Shown one piece after another: positions 1 to 10,930 of a DNA stretch of 64,000 nt; position 1 is the stretch's first letter, and each line of letters starts with the position of its first letter. The notes beneath the pieces are model-generated. The model was not told where the DNA came from. It made no database searches and worked only from the letters and a program-made list of their open reading frames with translations. The stretch spans positions 4,526,001-4,590,000 of the forward strand of contig CATNEN010000024.1 of assembly GCA_950097015.1 (NCBI GenBank), given 5' to 3'. The translations under genes were made by a program, and so were the position numbers. The stretch is from Macrostomum hystrix. Taxonomy: Eukaryota; Animalia; Platyhelminthes.

Positions 1-1500
1 CTGTCTCCTCTCCTTCCTCCCCTGCCTCCTCTCCTTCCTCCCCTGCCTCCTCTCCTTCCTCCCCTGTCTCCTCTCCTTCCTCCCCTGTCTCCTCTCCTTC
101 CTCTCCTGCCTCCTCTCCTTCCTCCCTGCCTCCTCTCCTTCCTCCTCGCCTCCTCTCCTTCCTCCCCTGTCTCCTCTCCTTCCTCCCCTGTCTCCTCTCC
201 TTCCTCCCCTGTCTCCTCTCCTTCCTCCCCTGCCTCCTCTCCTTCCTCCCCTGCCTCCTCTCCTTCCTTCCCTGCCTCCTCTCCTTCCTCCCCTGTCTCC
301 TCTCATTCCTCCCCTGCCTCCTCTCCTTCCTTCCCTGCCTCCTCTCCTTCCTCCCCTGTCTCCTCTCATTCCTCTCCTGCCTCCTCTCCTTCCTCCCCGG
401 TCTCCTCTCCTTCCTCCCCTGCCTCCTCTCCTTCCTCCCCTGCCTCCTCTCCTTCCTCCCCTGCCTCCTCTCCTTCCTTCCCTGCCTCCTCTCCTTCCTC
501 CCCTGTCTCCTCTCCTTCCTCCCCTGTCTCCTCTCCTTCCTCCCCTGTCTCCTCTCCTTCCTCCCCTGCCTCCTCTCCTTCTTCCCCTGTCTCCTCTCCT
601 TCCTCCCCTGTCTCCTCTCCTTCCTTCCCTGTCTCCTCTCCTTCCTCCCCTGTCTCCTCTCCTTCCTCCCCTGCATGCCTCCTCTCATTCTTCCCCTGTC
701 TCCTCTCCTTCTGCCCTGTCTCCTCTCTTTCTCCCCTGTCTCCTCTCCTTTCTACCATGTCTCCTCTCTTTTCTACCATGTCTCCTCTCTTCCTCCCCTG
801 TCTCCTCTCCTTCCTCCCCTGCCTCCTCTTCTTCCTCCCCTGCCTCCTCTCCTTCCTCCCCAGCCTCCTCTCCTTCCTCCCTGCCTCCTCTCCTTCCTCC
901 CCTGTCTCCTCTCCTTCCTCCCCTGTCTCCTCTCCTTCCTCCCCTGTCTCCTCTCCTTCCTCCCCTGCCTCCTCTCCTTCCTCCCCTGCCTCCTCTCCTT
1001 CCTCCCCTGTCTCCTCTCCTTCCTCCCCTGTCTCCTCTCCTTCCTCTCCTGCCTCCTCTCCTTCCTCCCTGCCTCCTCTCCTTCCTCCTCGCCTCCTCTC
1101 CTTCCTCCCCTGTCTCCTCTCCTTCCTCCCCTGTCTCCTCTCCTTCCTCCCCTGTCTCCTCTCCTTCCTCCCCTGTCTCCTCTCCTTCCTCCCCTGTCTC
1201 CTCTCCTTCCTCCCCTGTCTCCTCTCCTTCCTCCCCTGTCTCCTCTCCTTCCTTCCCTGTCTCCTCTCCTTCCTCCCCTGTCTCCTCTCCTTCCTCCCCT
1301 GTCTCCTCTCCTTCTGCCCTGTCTCCTCTCTTTCTCCCCTGTCTCCTCTCCTTTCTACCATGTCTCCTCTCTTTTCTACCATGTCTCCTCTCTTTCTCCC
1401 CTGTCTCCTCTCCTTTCTCCCCTGTCTTCTCTCATTCCTCCCCTGTCTTCACTCCTTTCTCCCATGTCCCTTCTCCATCCTTCCCGTCTGCTCTCCTTCC
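1..1500. repeat. 21-bp pyrimidine-rich minisatellite (CTGTCTCCTCTCCTTCCTCCC)n, truncated by window edge
   Basis: Direct tandem periodicity; the ORFs here repeat every 7 aa (RRQGRKE / LPCLLSF). Confidence 0.97.
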
Positions 1501-1803
1501 TCCCTTCCCCCATTATTTTCTCCCTCTCTCCCCTCCTCCCCACATTAACCCAGCAGATGAATGGAATAGGGGCATTACAAGCTGCGTGTACTAAAATATT
1601 GTACAGTCTAGTCAGTGTACATCCAGTCAAATTTCTTACTACCGCAAACTCATAATTTCTTTGTTCAAAGGATGAGAATGGGAAGAGTAAAGCGAGGACT
1701 AGAGCACAGCCGAATCTTATTAGACCTTAGCAACGCATCACATAGAGAAATATACGATTTCTATTGTTAAAAAAAAAAGAAATTAAACAGTAGTTTTGTA
1801 AGT

Positions 1804-4682
1804 ATGAACTCGCTAATCCTTCGGCTTCTGTTGCTGATGTTAATTGGTGAGTCTTATTGCTATTTCTTTAGAATTTTCTCAGCAACTGATTTCGATCAGT
1901 TGAACTTAAAGCATTGCGAACTTAATCTGCCCACACCCGACCCGTTCGACCGTGCAGTCGTGTGCCCGATGTACGGCAAAGGGGTGCCGCGGACAAAGGG
2001 CGCAGGAAACCGCGGCAGCGGAAACAACCGGAACAGCGGTCGCTACGGCTCAAGCGGAAGCAGCGGCTACTCGTCACTGCCCATGCTCATTCGCAGCAGA
2101 TTCTCGTGAGTGAGAAGGAGTGGGTGAGAAGGAGTGGGTGAGAAGGAGTGGGTGAGAAGGAGTGGGTGAGAAGGAGTGGGTGAGAAGGAGTGGGTGAGAA
2201 GGAGTGGGTGAGAAGGAGTGGGTGAGAAGGAGTGGGTGAGAAGGAGTGGGTGAGAAGGAGTGGGTGAGATGGAGTGGGTGAGAAGGAGTGGATGAGAAGG
2301 AGCGGGTGAGAAGGAGTGGGTGAGAAGGAGTGAGTGAGAAGGAGTGGGTGAGAAGGAGTGGGTGAGAAGGGGTGGGTGAGAAGGAGCGGGTGAGAAGGAG
2401 CGGGTGAGAAGGAGTGGATGAGAAGGAGCGGGTGAGAAGGAGTGGGTGAGAAGGAGTGAGTGAGAAGGAGTGGGTGAGAAGGAGTGGGTGAGAATGAGCG
2501 GGTGAGAAGGAGTGAGTGAGAAGGAGTGGATGAGAAGGAGCGGGTGAGAAGGAGTGGGTGAGAAGGAGTGAGTGAGAAGGAGTGGGTGAGAAGGAGTGGG
2601 TGAGAAGGAGTGGGTGAGAAGGAGTGGGTGAGAAGGAGTGGGTGAGAAGGAGTGGGTGAGAAGGAGCGGGTGAGAAGGAGCGGGTGAGAAGGAGTGGATG
2701 AGAAGGAGCGGGTGAGAAGGAGTGGGTGAGAAGGAGTGAGTGAGAAGGAGTGGGTGAGAAGGAGTGGGTGAGAAGGAGTGGGTGAGAAGGAGTGGGTGAG
2801 AAGGAGTGAGTGAGAATGCCCAGCTAACTATCCAGTGAACCTGTAATATCCGAACAGGTTCCTAGCCAAGTTCACAGCCTATAGGCTAGGCATCATCCTA
2901 GTGTCCCGTGACTGGCGCATTGCTCATCCAGACTACAGCGACAGCATGACCCTGTGCTACAGCGTGCGCCACAGCCTGCCGGACTGGCTGCAGGAGTCGG
3001 CACTGCAGCCCTGGCTGTATCGGAACCGGACCGTGCTGGGCTTGCACATCTGCCCGTTGGACTCGCAGCCGGATAAAGTATACTGCTGCGGCTTCAAGGA
3101 CGGACAGGAGTGCTGCACCTTCTGGGATGAGTGAGGCTGCTTTCACTGCGGACTCGCTTGACGAAGTAGAGAGGGTTATACGCGTTATGCGGGAACTGGT
3201 AATGAGAGAGCGGGTAGTGGGAGAGCGGGTAGTGTGAGAGCGGGATGGAATTAATGGGATTATGTGTACCAATTAGTCAGAAATGACAACACTGCAGGCA
3301 TTACTCGATCACTTCTTCACCCACACAGCTTCAGCCGCCTGTCATCAGTGGTGGTTGGCGGCATTCTGGCGGTCACGTCGAGTTTCCTGTTCGCCGCCTG
3401 GCTCTACCGGTGGTCGCTTAAACAACTGCGCTGGAATTTGTGAGGCTGACTGTTTGTAGATTGGAGAAGTGAAAGGTAGGGGAGATGAAAGGTAGGGGAC
3501 GGTGTGAGATGGTAGGGGAAGGTGTGAGATGGTAGGGGAAGATGTGAGATGGTAGGGGAAGGTGTGAGATGGTAGGGGACGGTGTGAGATGGTAGGGGAA
3601 GGTGTGAGATGGTAGGGGACGGTGTGAGATTGTAGGGGAAGGTGTGAGATGGTAGGGGAAGGTGTGAGATGGTAGGGGAAGGTGTGAGAGAGTAGGGCAA
3701 GATATGAGAGGGTAGGGGAAGATGTGAGATGGTGTAGGGGAAGGTGTGAGAGGGTAGGGGAAGATATGAGAGGGTAGGGGAAGATGTGAGATGGTGTATG
3801 GGAAGGTGTGAGAGGGTAGGGCAAGATATGAGAGGGTAGGGGAAGACATGAGAGTCTAGGGGAAGTAGGGGAAGATGTGAGAGGGTAGGGCAAGATATGA
3901 GAGGGTAGGGGAAGACATGAGAGTCTAGGGGAAGATGTGAGAGGGTAGGGGAAGATATGAGAGGGCAGGGGAAGATATGGGAATGTAGGGTAAGATGTGA
4001 GATGGTAGGGGAAGATAGGAGAGGGTAGGGGAAGATGTGAGATGGTGTATGGGAAGGTGTGAGAGGGTAGGGCAAGATGTGAGATGGTAGGAGAAGGTGC
4101 GAGAGGGTAGGGTAAGATGTGAGATGGTAGGAGAAGGTGCGAGAGGGTAGGGTAAGATGTGAGATGGTAGGAGAAGGTGTGAGAGGGTAGGGCAATATGT
4201 GAGAGGGTAGGAGAAGGTGTGAGAGGGTAGGGCAATATGTGAGAGGGTAGGAGAAGGTGTGAGAGGGTAGGGCAATATGTGAGAGGGTAGGAGAAGGTGT
4301 GAGAGGGTAGGGCAATATGTGAGAGGGTAGGAGAAGGTGTGAGAGGGTAGGGCAAGATGTGAGATGGTACGAGTAGGAAAAGGCGTGAGAGGGTAGTGGA
4401 ATTATTGAGAGGGTTTGGAAAGATGGCCCACTGCGAAATTAATAAAAGTTTTTCAGCTGCGAGTAATTTTGCCACCTTCCTCCAATTATCAGCCATTACA
4501 GTCACGCATCGCAGAGCCAAGCCGACTTACTCGGAGCTGATATTTCCATTGACGAAGTGGCTCGTTGGCCGCAGACTGAATCATCGCGGCAGCATCAGCC
4601 ACAGTCAAGGAAGATTGGAGCCAGACGGTTGCGGCACGCGTCGCAGTATCGACCGGCGATTGGTGGCGCGCGGGGACATTGA
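1804..4682 (+). CDS. Shisa-like/CX-domain single-pass membrane protein, copy 1 (~279 aa, 5 exons)
   Basis: Exons 1804-1846, 1883-2105, 2858-3130, 3329-3439, 4493-4682, all GT-AG, phases 1,2,2,2. Signal peptide MNSLILRLLLLMLI; Gly/Ser/Arg-rich segment; six-Cys domain C..C..CC..CC (LCYS...ICP...YCCG...ECC); TM VVVGGILAVTSSFLFAAWLY. The last-exon acceptor is uncertain (4457 would give an immediate stop). Confidence 0.8.
2106..2815. repeat. 14-bp minisatellite (GTGAGAAGGAGTGG)n filling intron 2 of Shisa-like copy 1
   Basis: About 50 tandem units starting exactly at the GT donor. Confidence 0.97.
3470..4395. repeat. 20-bp minisatellite (GGTGTGAGATGGTAGGGGAA)n in intron 4 of copy 1
   Basis: Tandem periodicity; ORFs repeat every 20 aa (3 units). 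Confidence 0.95.
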
Positions 4683-4729
4683 TTGAAATCGGAAAATTGG
4701 GACTCATGGAACGGGCGATCCACTGGAAC

Positions 4730-5020
4730 TTGGGACTGATGGAATGACTGGAGAACTGATGGGATGACTGGAGAACTGATGGAATGACTGCAGAACTGAT
4801 GGAATGACTGCAGAACTGATGGAATGACTGCAGAACTGATGGAATGACTGCAGAACTGATGGAATGACTGCAGAACTGATGGAATGACTGCAGAACTGAT
4901 GGAATGACTGCAGAACTGATGGGATGACTGCAGAACTGATGGAATGACTGCAGAACTGATGGGATCATTGGAACTGATGGGATGATTGGAACTGATGGGA
5001 TCATTGGAACTGATGGGATG
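4730..5020. repeat. 20-bp minisatellite (TGGAATGACTGCAGAACTGA)n
   Basis: Tandem periodicity just 3' of the copy 1 stop codon. Confidence 0.95.
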
Positions 5021-5548
5021 GGCGATGTATTGGTAAGCTGGGACAATCTGTAATCTATAAATTCCTGTGCATGAAAATACGAGCAATATTATTTTGTCTA
5101 CAAAGTTTTTTCCTAATCCTTAATTTAAAGACAAGAAGAATATACCTAGTGTTAAGAACAGTCTTGTTAGATTGCTTAACTATTAAGAGGGCTGCATTTT
5201 TTTGGCCTGGCAGTTCTGAAATAGGAACACAAAGCTGCAATCTATAAATAATCCCTGCCGATTGGGACAAAAACGGTCATAATCCCTAGTTTTACAATCC
5301 TGGAATTTTTCATCTACGATGTACAACGCCACCGTCAAGATTCGTGTACTTTAGCCTCCAACAACTCTGGACCTGGTTTGCAGTTGAGATGGTTGTCATG
5401 CCAACCTAGCAACCCCGCGCTTGCCCTGTCCACCCCCTTCAGCCACTGACTTTGAGCATGAGCTGAGCCTTTGCGGCATTGAAATACAATAGCAAAGTTA
5501 GCGCAACTTTGGCAGCCAAGTTGGAAGTAAACTGCGACTTAAGTGAGC

Positions 5549-7562
5549 ATGAGTACTGCCACAGTCAGCTTGCGATGCAGCATCTTCGTCTGGGGTGCTG
5601 CAGGTAAGCTCTCAGATGGAACTTTACCTGTCTCATACCTAATCTCATCCCTCACTTACCTGTCTCATACCCAATCTCATCCCTCACTTACCTGTCTCAT
5701 ACCCAATCTCATCCCTCACTTACCTGTCTCATACCCAATCTCATCCCTCACTTACCTGTCTCACACCCAATCTCATCCCTCACTTACCTGTCTCATACCC
5801 AATCTCATCCCTCACTTACCTGTCTCATACCTAATCTCATCCCTCACTTACCTGTCTCATACCCAATCTCATCCCTCACTTGCCTGTCGCATACTCAATC
5901 TCATCCCTCACTCAACTGTCTCACACCCGATCTCATCCTTCATCTAAACCTGTCTCATACTTAGTATCATTTTTCTCCTACACGTCTGATAACTTAATTG
6001 CTATAATTTTAACCCGTCCCATTCTCAACCAGTCCTCCTATTGAGCAGTGCAAAGGTTGCTATGGCAAAAGGCAGTAGTCGCGGAGGTCGGTCCGGCTCA
6101 ACCAGGAGCGCTAGCTACAACACTCTGCCCCAGTTTGTTAGAAATCGATTCTCGTAAGAAAATATTGATAATTAACAATTCTAATTCTATAGAACTGCCA
6201 GCTAAACTTTAAATTTTCGATACATATCGGCTATCGATAGTCAAAACGCAAATCGTTGATACAAATTTTTTTCGACCTCCCTAGTAACCAGGTAAGTCGC
6301 CTATCCTACAGCCGCGGCATATTCTACGCCAGCTGGTCGTGGCGCAGTCGGCATTCTGACTATTCCGACAGCGTCGCCCTCTGCTTCAACGTGGCTGACA
6401 GTGTTTTATTGGCTGACAATGGCAACAGCTCCGCCATGCTGCCCTGGTTGTACAGAAATCGCACAGTCTATGGCCTGTTCGTCTGCCCGACTGACCCGGC
6501 CAGGCCGGACACAGTCTACTGCTGCGGCGACTCAGAGGCGCAGACATGCTGCACCTTCTGGGAGGAGTGAGTTGTTGACTGATTGTAGGCTGACTGAGAA
6601 ATCCTCCAGCAAAGACTATCCATCAATTCTCCCCTTCAATTCTCCCCTTCAATTCTCCCCTTCAATTCTCCTCTTCTATTCTCCTCTTTTTAATCTCCCC
6701 CTTCTCACTTTCCCCTTCCCTCTCTCCCATTCCCGCACCAAAGCCATACCCAAACCTCTCCGCCTTTTCACACTCAGCGGTTCTCGCGTCGCCGGGGCAA
6801 TATTTGGCTGCGTCTGCGGAGTTGCGTCCTTCGTTGCTGGCGCTCTCCGACTGTACCAGGGCAGCCTGAATGTACGCTGCAGCAGCCAGAGGTCGGTCTC
6901 GTTTCTTATCTGCCTTTAAAAGTACTTTTATCGGGGGGGTGGGTGGCAGAGCGGCTAAACGCGTTTGTGCCTTTATTGGAGGCTTATCATGCAATTTACG
7001 CCCTTGAGGACCAACCTCCAAGGTACACTGCCTGACGATGAGAAAGTCAGGTCAGATGTACACACCTGTGTGAGCGTGTGCCTGCGTACAGTATCTGAGT
7101 GCGTGTGTGCTCAGGAGTCAGCGAAATGGGTAGAATTGCCTCCTCGCTGGCTGCGGATCTAGTGTCACCAAATGATGTGCCATTGCCTGCAGCCCTCCTG
7201 CAAATATTAATATTACTATTAAGTACTTTTATCTTTTGTGCATGAGTGTTTAATAAACAGGCAATGAGGTATATTTCTGTTAGCACTATTTAATAAACAG
7301 CCGCGTACAGGACAATCCACAAGCTGACAATGATCGTCAATCTGTTTCGCAAGTGCCAACCGCAACAGCAGCTGATGGTGTACCAGTCGAAGCAGCAGCA
7401 GCAGCAGCGGATTTCACTGCTGATAGTCCCAAACCGGAGCTTCCGCCCAGATACGATATCGTCCTCGAGGAGCTGTGGAATGAGCAGCAGCTCGATAATC
7501 CACCGCATCCACAGTCGCCACCGCCGACATACTCGATGGCTGAGCTCAACAGGGATCGGTGA
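5549..7562 (+). CDS. Shisa-like/CX-domain single-pass membrane protein, copy 2 (~277 aa, 5 exons) with PPxY motifs
   Basis: Exons 5549-5603, 6033-6153, 6285-6566, 6778-6891, 7301-7562; phases 1,2,2,2 as in copy 1. Signal peptide, KGSSRGGRSG low-complexity segment, six-Cys domain (LCFN...VCP...YCCG...TCC), TM VAGAIFGCVCGVASFVAGAL, tail with PPRY and PPTY. Confidence 0.88.
5620..5960. repeat. 32-bp minisatellite (TCTCATACCCAATCTCATCCCTCACTTACCTG)n in intron 1 of copy 2
   Basis: Tandem periodicity; seven exact ACTTACCTG motifs. Confidence 0.95.
6933..7220 (+). mobile_element. tRNA-derived SINE, copy A, in intron 4 of copy 2
   Basis: G-rich start with A-box TGGCAGAGCGG, family body (...GAGAAAGTCAGG.CAGATGTACACACC...), ATT-rich tail, exact 13-bp target-site duplication AAGTACTTTTATC at 6920-6932 and 7221-7233. 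The B-box region is deleted relative to copy B. Confidence 0.85.
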
Positions 7563-7789
7563 AGAGGCAGAAGGCTCTGCCGTAAACTTAACCTCGGCGA
7601 AGAAGGAAATGATGGGGAATGAGGGAGGCTGGGGAAGGGGCAATTAAGGTCGAATTCTGCAGTGACCTTTGGGTTCGACCTTGGTGGGGAAGGCCATATA
7701 TAGTTCAGGGGTCGAAAAACTCCGGCCCGCGGGCCAGATGCGGCCCTCGAAGCTCCCAAACCCAGACCGTTACCCCTTCCGACACCTTT

Positions 7790-8515
7790 AGTATCCTGTC
7801 TCATCTCTCTCATCTGGAGAGTCTCTCCACCCCTCCCATGTCTCATCTTTCCCCTGTCTCATCTCTCCCGTGTCTCATCTCTCCCGTATCTCATCTCTCC
7901 CCTGTCTCATCTCTCCCGTGTCTCATCTCTCCCCTGTCTCATCTCTCCCGTGTTTCATCTCTCCCGTGTCTCATCACTCCCCCTGTCTCATCTCTCCTGT
8001 GTCTCATCTCTCTCATCTGAAGAGTCTCTCCATCCCTCCCGTGTCTCATCTCTTCCGTGTCTCATCTCTCCCGTGTCTCATCTCTTCCGTGTCTCATCTC
8101 TCCCGTGTCTCATCTCTCCCGTGTCTCATCTCTCCCGTATCTCATCTCTCCCGTGTCTCATCTCTCCCGTGTCTCATCTCTCCCGTATCTCATCTCTCCC
8201 GTGTCTCATCTCTCCCGTATCTCATCTCTCCCGTGTCTCATCTCTCCCGTGTCTCATCTGTCCCGTGTCTCATCTCTTCCGTGTCTCATCTCTCCCGTGT
8301 CTCATCTGTCCCGTGTCTCATCTCTTCCGTGTCTCATCTCTCCCGTGTCTCATCTCTCCCGTGTCTCATCTCTCCCGTGTCTCATCTCTCCCGTATCTCA
8401 TCTCTCCCGTGTCTCATCTCTCCTGTGTCTCATCTCTCCCGTGTCTCATCTCTCCCCTGTCTCATCTCTCCCCTGTCTCATCTCTCCCCTGTCTCATCTC
8501 TCCCCTTTCTCATCT
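7790..8515. repeat. 16-bp minisatellite (TCTCATCTCTCCCGTG)n
   Basis: Tandem periodicity; same unit family as the arrays at 29320-30770 and 48415-49565. Confidence 0.96.
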
Positions 8516-8708
8516 CTGGGAATGAAGAATGAGGACGAGAGAGAGATACCAGTCTATGGTGCCCTGCACATTCAACTTGCGATTCGCAATAAAATCATCA
8601 TGCTCACGAGTACATTCCATAAAAAATTCACTTTAAGATTAAACTTTTACAAAAATATAAAGCAATGCAAAACCGTTTTTTATTCGGTTTGAATAAGTCC
8701 TTTTTGAT

Positions 8709-10095
8709 ATTATTATTATTATGATTATTATTATTATTATTATTATTGAGGTGCGCACGCCAATTGGGTGCTGATTATATTGTTTATTTTATGTTTAAGG
8801 CTGAACAATTCGATTTAAAAAAAAGAATGCGATAGGAAAACAGTAGCATGCATAATATTAGTTTTATGTGAAAAAAATATTTGAAATAAAAAGAAATTTT
8901 TGAAATGAACAAAGGCATTAAAACAAAAAGTTAAATATTGAAATTTAAAGAGAAAATAATTAAAACTGACTGAAATCACTTCGCACTCGAAAGAAGAATA
9001 ACTATATTGTGTTTTTGCATTCTAACTATGGGCCGATCAGGGCAGTGGCTTTTTATCTAGCTTTAAGTTTGCTTTCTATGAAGTCCACAAAACTTTCTGT
9101 TAATTCTGTGCTTTCCTGTGTCATTAAATACACAATTTTGTCATCCTAGCTGTTAGGCTTTCGAAATTTCGAACAGTGACTGCCACTTTCTCTATGAATT
9201 TATTTCTAATAAATTAAAACTATATTTCTAATTATTGGAACATAAACGGACCAAATCGCATCTAAAGAGAATATGAGTTTCGTTCTCTACCTCGACTCTA
9301 CATTTTGGGCATGTTCTGTTTTCATAGGCGATTTTCGGTCTTACAGTGCGCAATGTCTCACAGGCCAGTTTGTGGTTTCCTAGACGAAATCGGGACATTG
9401 TGCGCCTTTGTTCTGGGTTAGAGATTATTGTTAGGTACTTTTCTCGGGCGAAATCTTTCTTAAACGTGTAATAGAAGTGGCTGAGCTTGGCTGATTTTTT
9501 CATCCTCTGAGTCCAGTGCCTTCGAAACTCTGCTCTGACTCAAAGTTCTCTCTGTGCGTTTTGATGGACTTTGTTTTTCTAGTCTGTTGACAATCCCGCA
9601 TTGCTTCGCTATTCATTTTTCCCCCAATGCCAACATCGCTGTATTCTGTATCTGCCAGCAATTTTGCGATGATGGAGTCTGGTCGGCTCCGAACTGAGGA
9701 CCAGTATTGAAGGCTTCTTTTTTGAATACTAATATAATAGTGGTAGTCTTCCTAATTCGGACCGAGCACCATTGCTGTCAGTGTTTGGACTAACTTGCAG
9801 AATCGACTTGCAGATTCTAGAATTAATTCTCTCTATAAGGTTCCGATCCCAGGTACCCAGTTTCCAGGAGACAAAAGCTCCCCAGGCCTCTGATGCATAG
9901 AGAACTATGCTTTCAATCATCTTATATACTAAAAATGAAATGGTTGGTAGTTGTGCTAAACAAGATGAGCTGTTTGTGTTTTACTCTCTGAAATCCCGCC
10001 AACTTTCTCAGAAGCATTATTGGATATCCCACCTTTTTTACCTAGTTCTATGGCATGAGTATCGATTGTTCCCTTCACTTTCATGTGAAACCCAA
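8709..10095 (-). mobile_element. 5'-truncated, frameshifted non-LTR retrotransposon (RTE-X/L2-CR1-like) 3' end
   Basis: On the minus strand, in order: RT motif KYLGFH (~10095), thumb-region IVLYASEAWG...RICKSILQV...ARSELGRLPL (9729-9920), C-terminal FRLGNHKL...CPKC...ENETHILFRC zinc knuckle (9228-9503), then an (AAT)n tail at 8709-8748. Stops and frameshifts lie between the blocks. Confidence 0.85.
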
Positions 10096-10114
10096 GATAT
10101 TTACGATTCTTGAA

Positions 10115-10440
10115 CCAGCCATATCTTCTACGATTCCAGCCATATCTGTTACGATTCCAGCCATATCTTTTACTATTCCAGCCATATCTTTTACGATTCC
10201 AGCCATATCTTTTACGATTCCAGCCATATCTTTTACTATTCCAGCCATATCTTCTACGATTCCAGCCATATCTTCTACTATTCCAGCCATATCTTTTACT
10301 ATTCCAGCTATATCTTATACGATTCCAGCCATATCTTCTACTATTCCATCCATATCTTTTACTATTCTAGCTATATCTTCTACGATTCCAGCCATATCTT
10401 CTACGATTCCAGCCATATCTTCTACGATTCCAGCCATATA
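10115..10440. repeat. 21-bp minisatellite (ATTCCAGCCATATCTTTTACG)n abutting the 5' end of the LINE fragment
   Basis: Tandem periodicity (IPAISFT repeat ORF). Confidence 0.95.
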
Positions 10441-10930
10441 TTCTTTGATTCTAGCCTCTGCTTCTAAGATTCTAGCACATTTTTACAGGTAAAATATTGA
10501 CTGATTCTATGAAGGTAGCTAATCACATAAAATGCACTCGTCCAAGTAGAATAACTTTGCAAGTACTTCGGGTGCTATGGAAACAGGTTATGCGATTTTA
10601 CTGTACAGCTAGCTTGTGCAAGCTGATAGAGAGGAGTGCATGAGAGACAATTCTGGTCTGGTTGGGGAGGAATGAGAATGTACTCATTCAGGTAGAGAAG
10701 TGCATTGATACTCAGTCGTTATGGCAACAAATGTCACTATTGTGTGTGCTCCCTATCTACTAGACATTGGTTAGTAGCTGAGTAAGCGAACAATGGAAAG
10801 CAGGTGCTTCGTTGGGGTTTAAAGGTACTTCAGAAGAATGAATAAAAGAGAGAACAGTTTTGCCTAGCGAGAAATCTGCAGAAAATGCTTGCTTACAATC
10901 ATCGATTTTTGCTTCGATTAAACGGAAACT

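Noticed and set aside
366-1655. Long ORFs of 260-340 aa on both strands; likewise 3345-4520, 7870-8692, 16988-17677, 29242-30780, 42538-43626, 44589-45444, 48285-49561, 51162-51868
   Set aside because: Each lies inside a minisatellite whose unit lacks stop codons; the peptides are pure periodic translations with no splice or domain support.
7030-7052. CTGACGATGAGAAAGTCAG in the SINE body as a hammerhead core, and CLSIRKSGQIYIP as a GIY-YIG motif
   Set aside because: No helix II or III can form, and CTGACGA is not conserved in other copies; the frame is not kept across copies, and the element has tRNA-type boxes and TSDs of a SINE.
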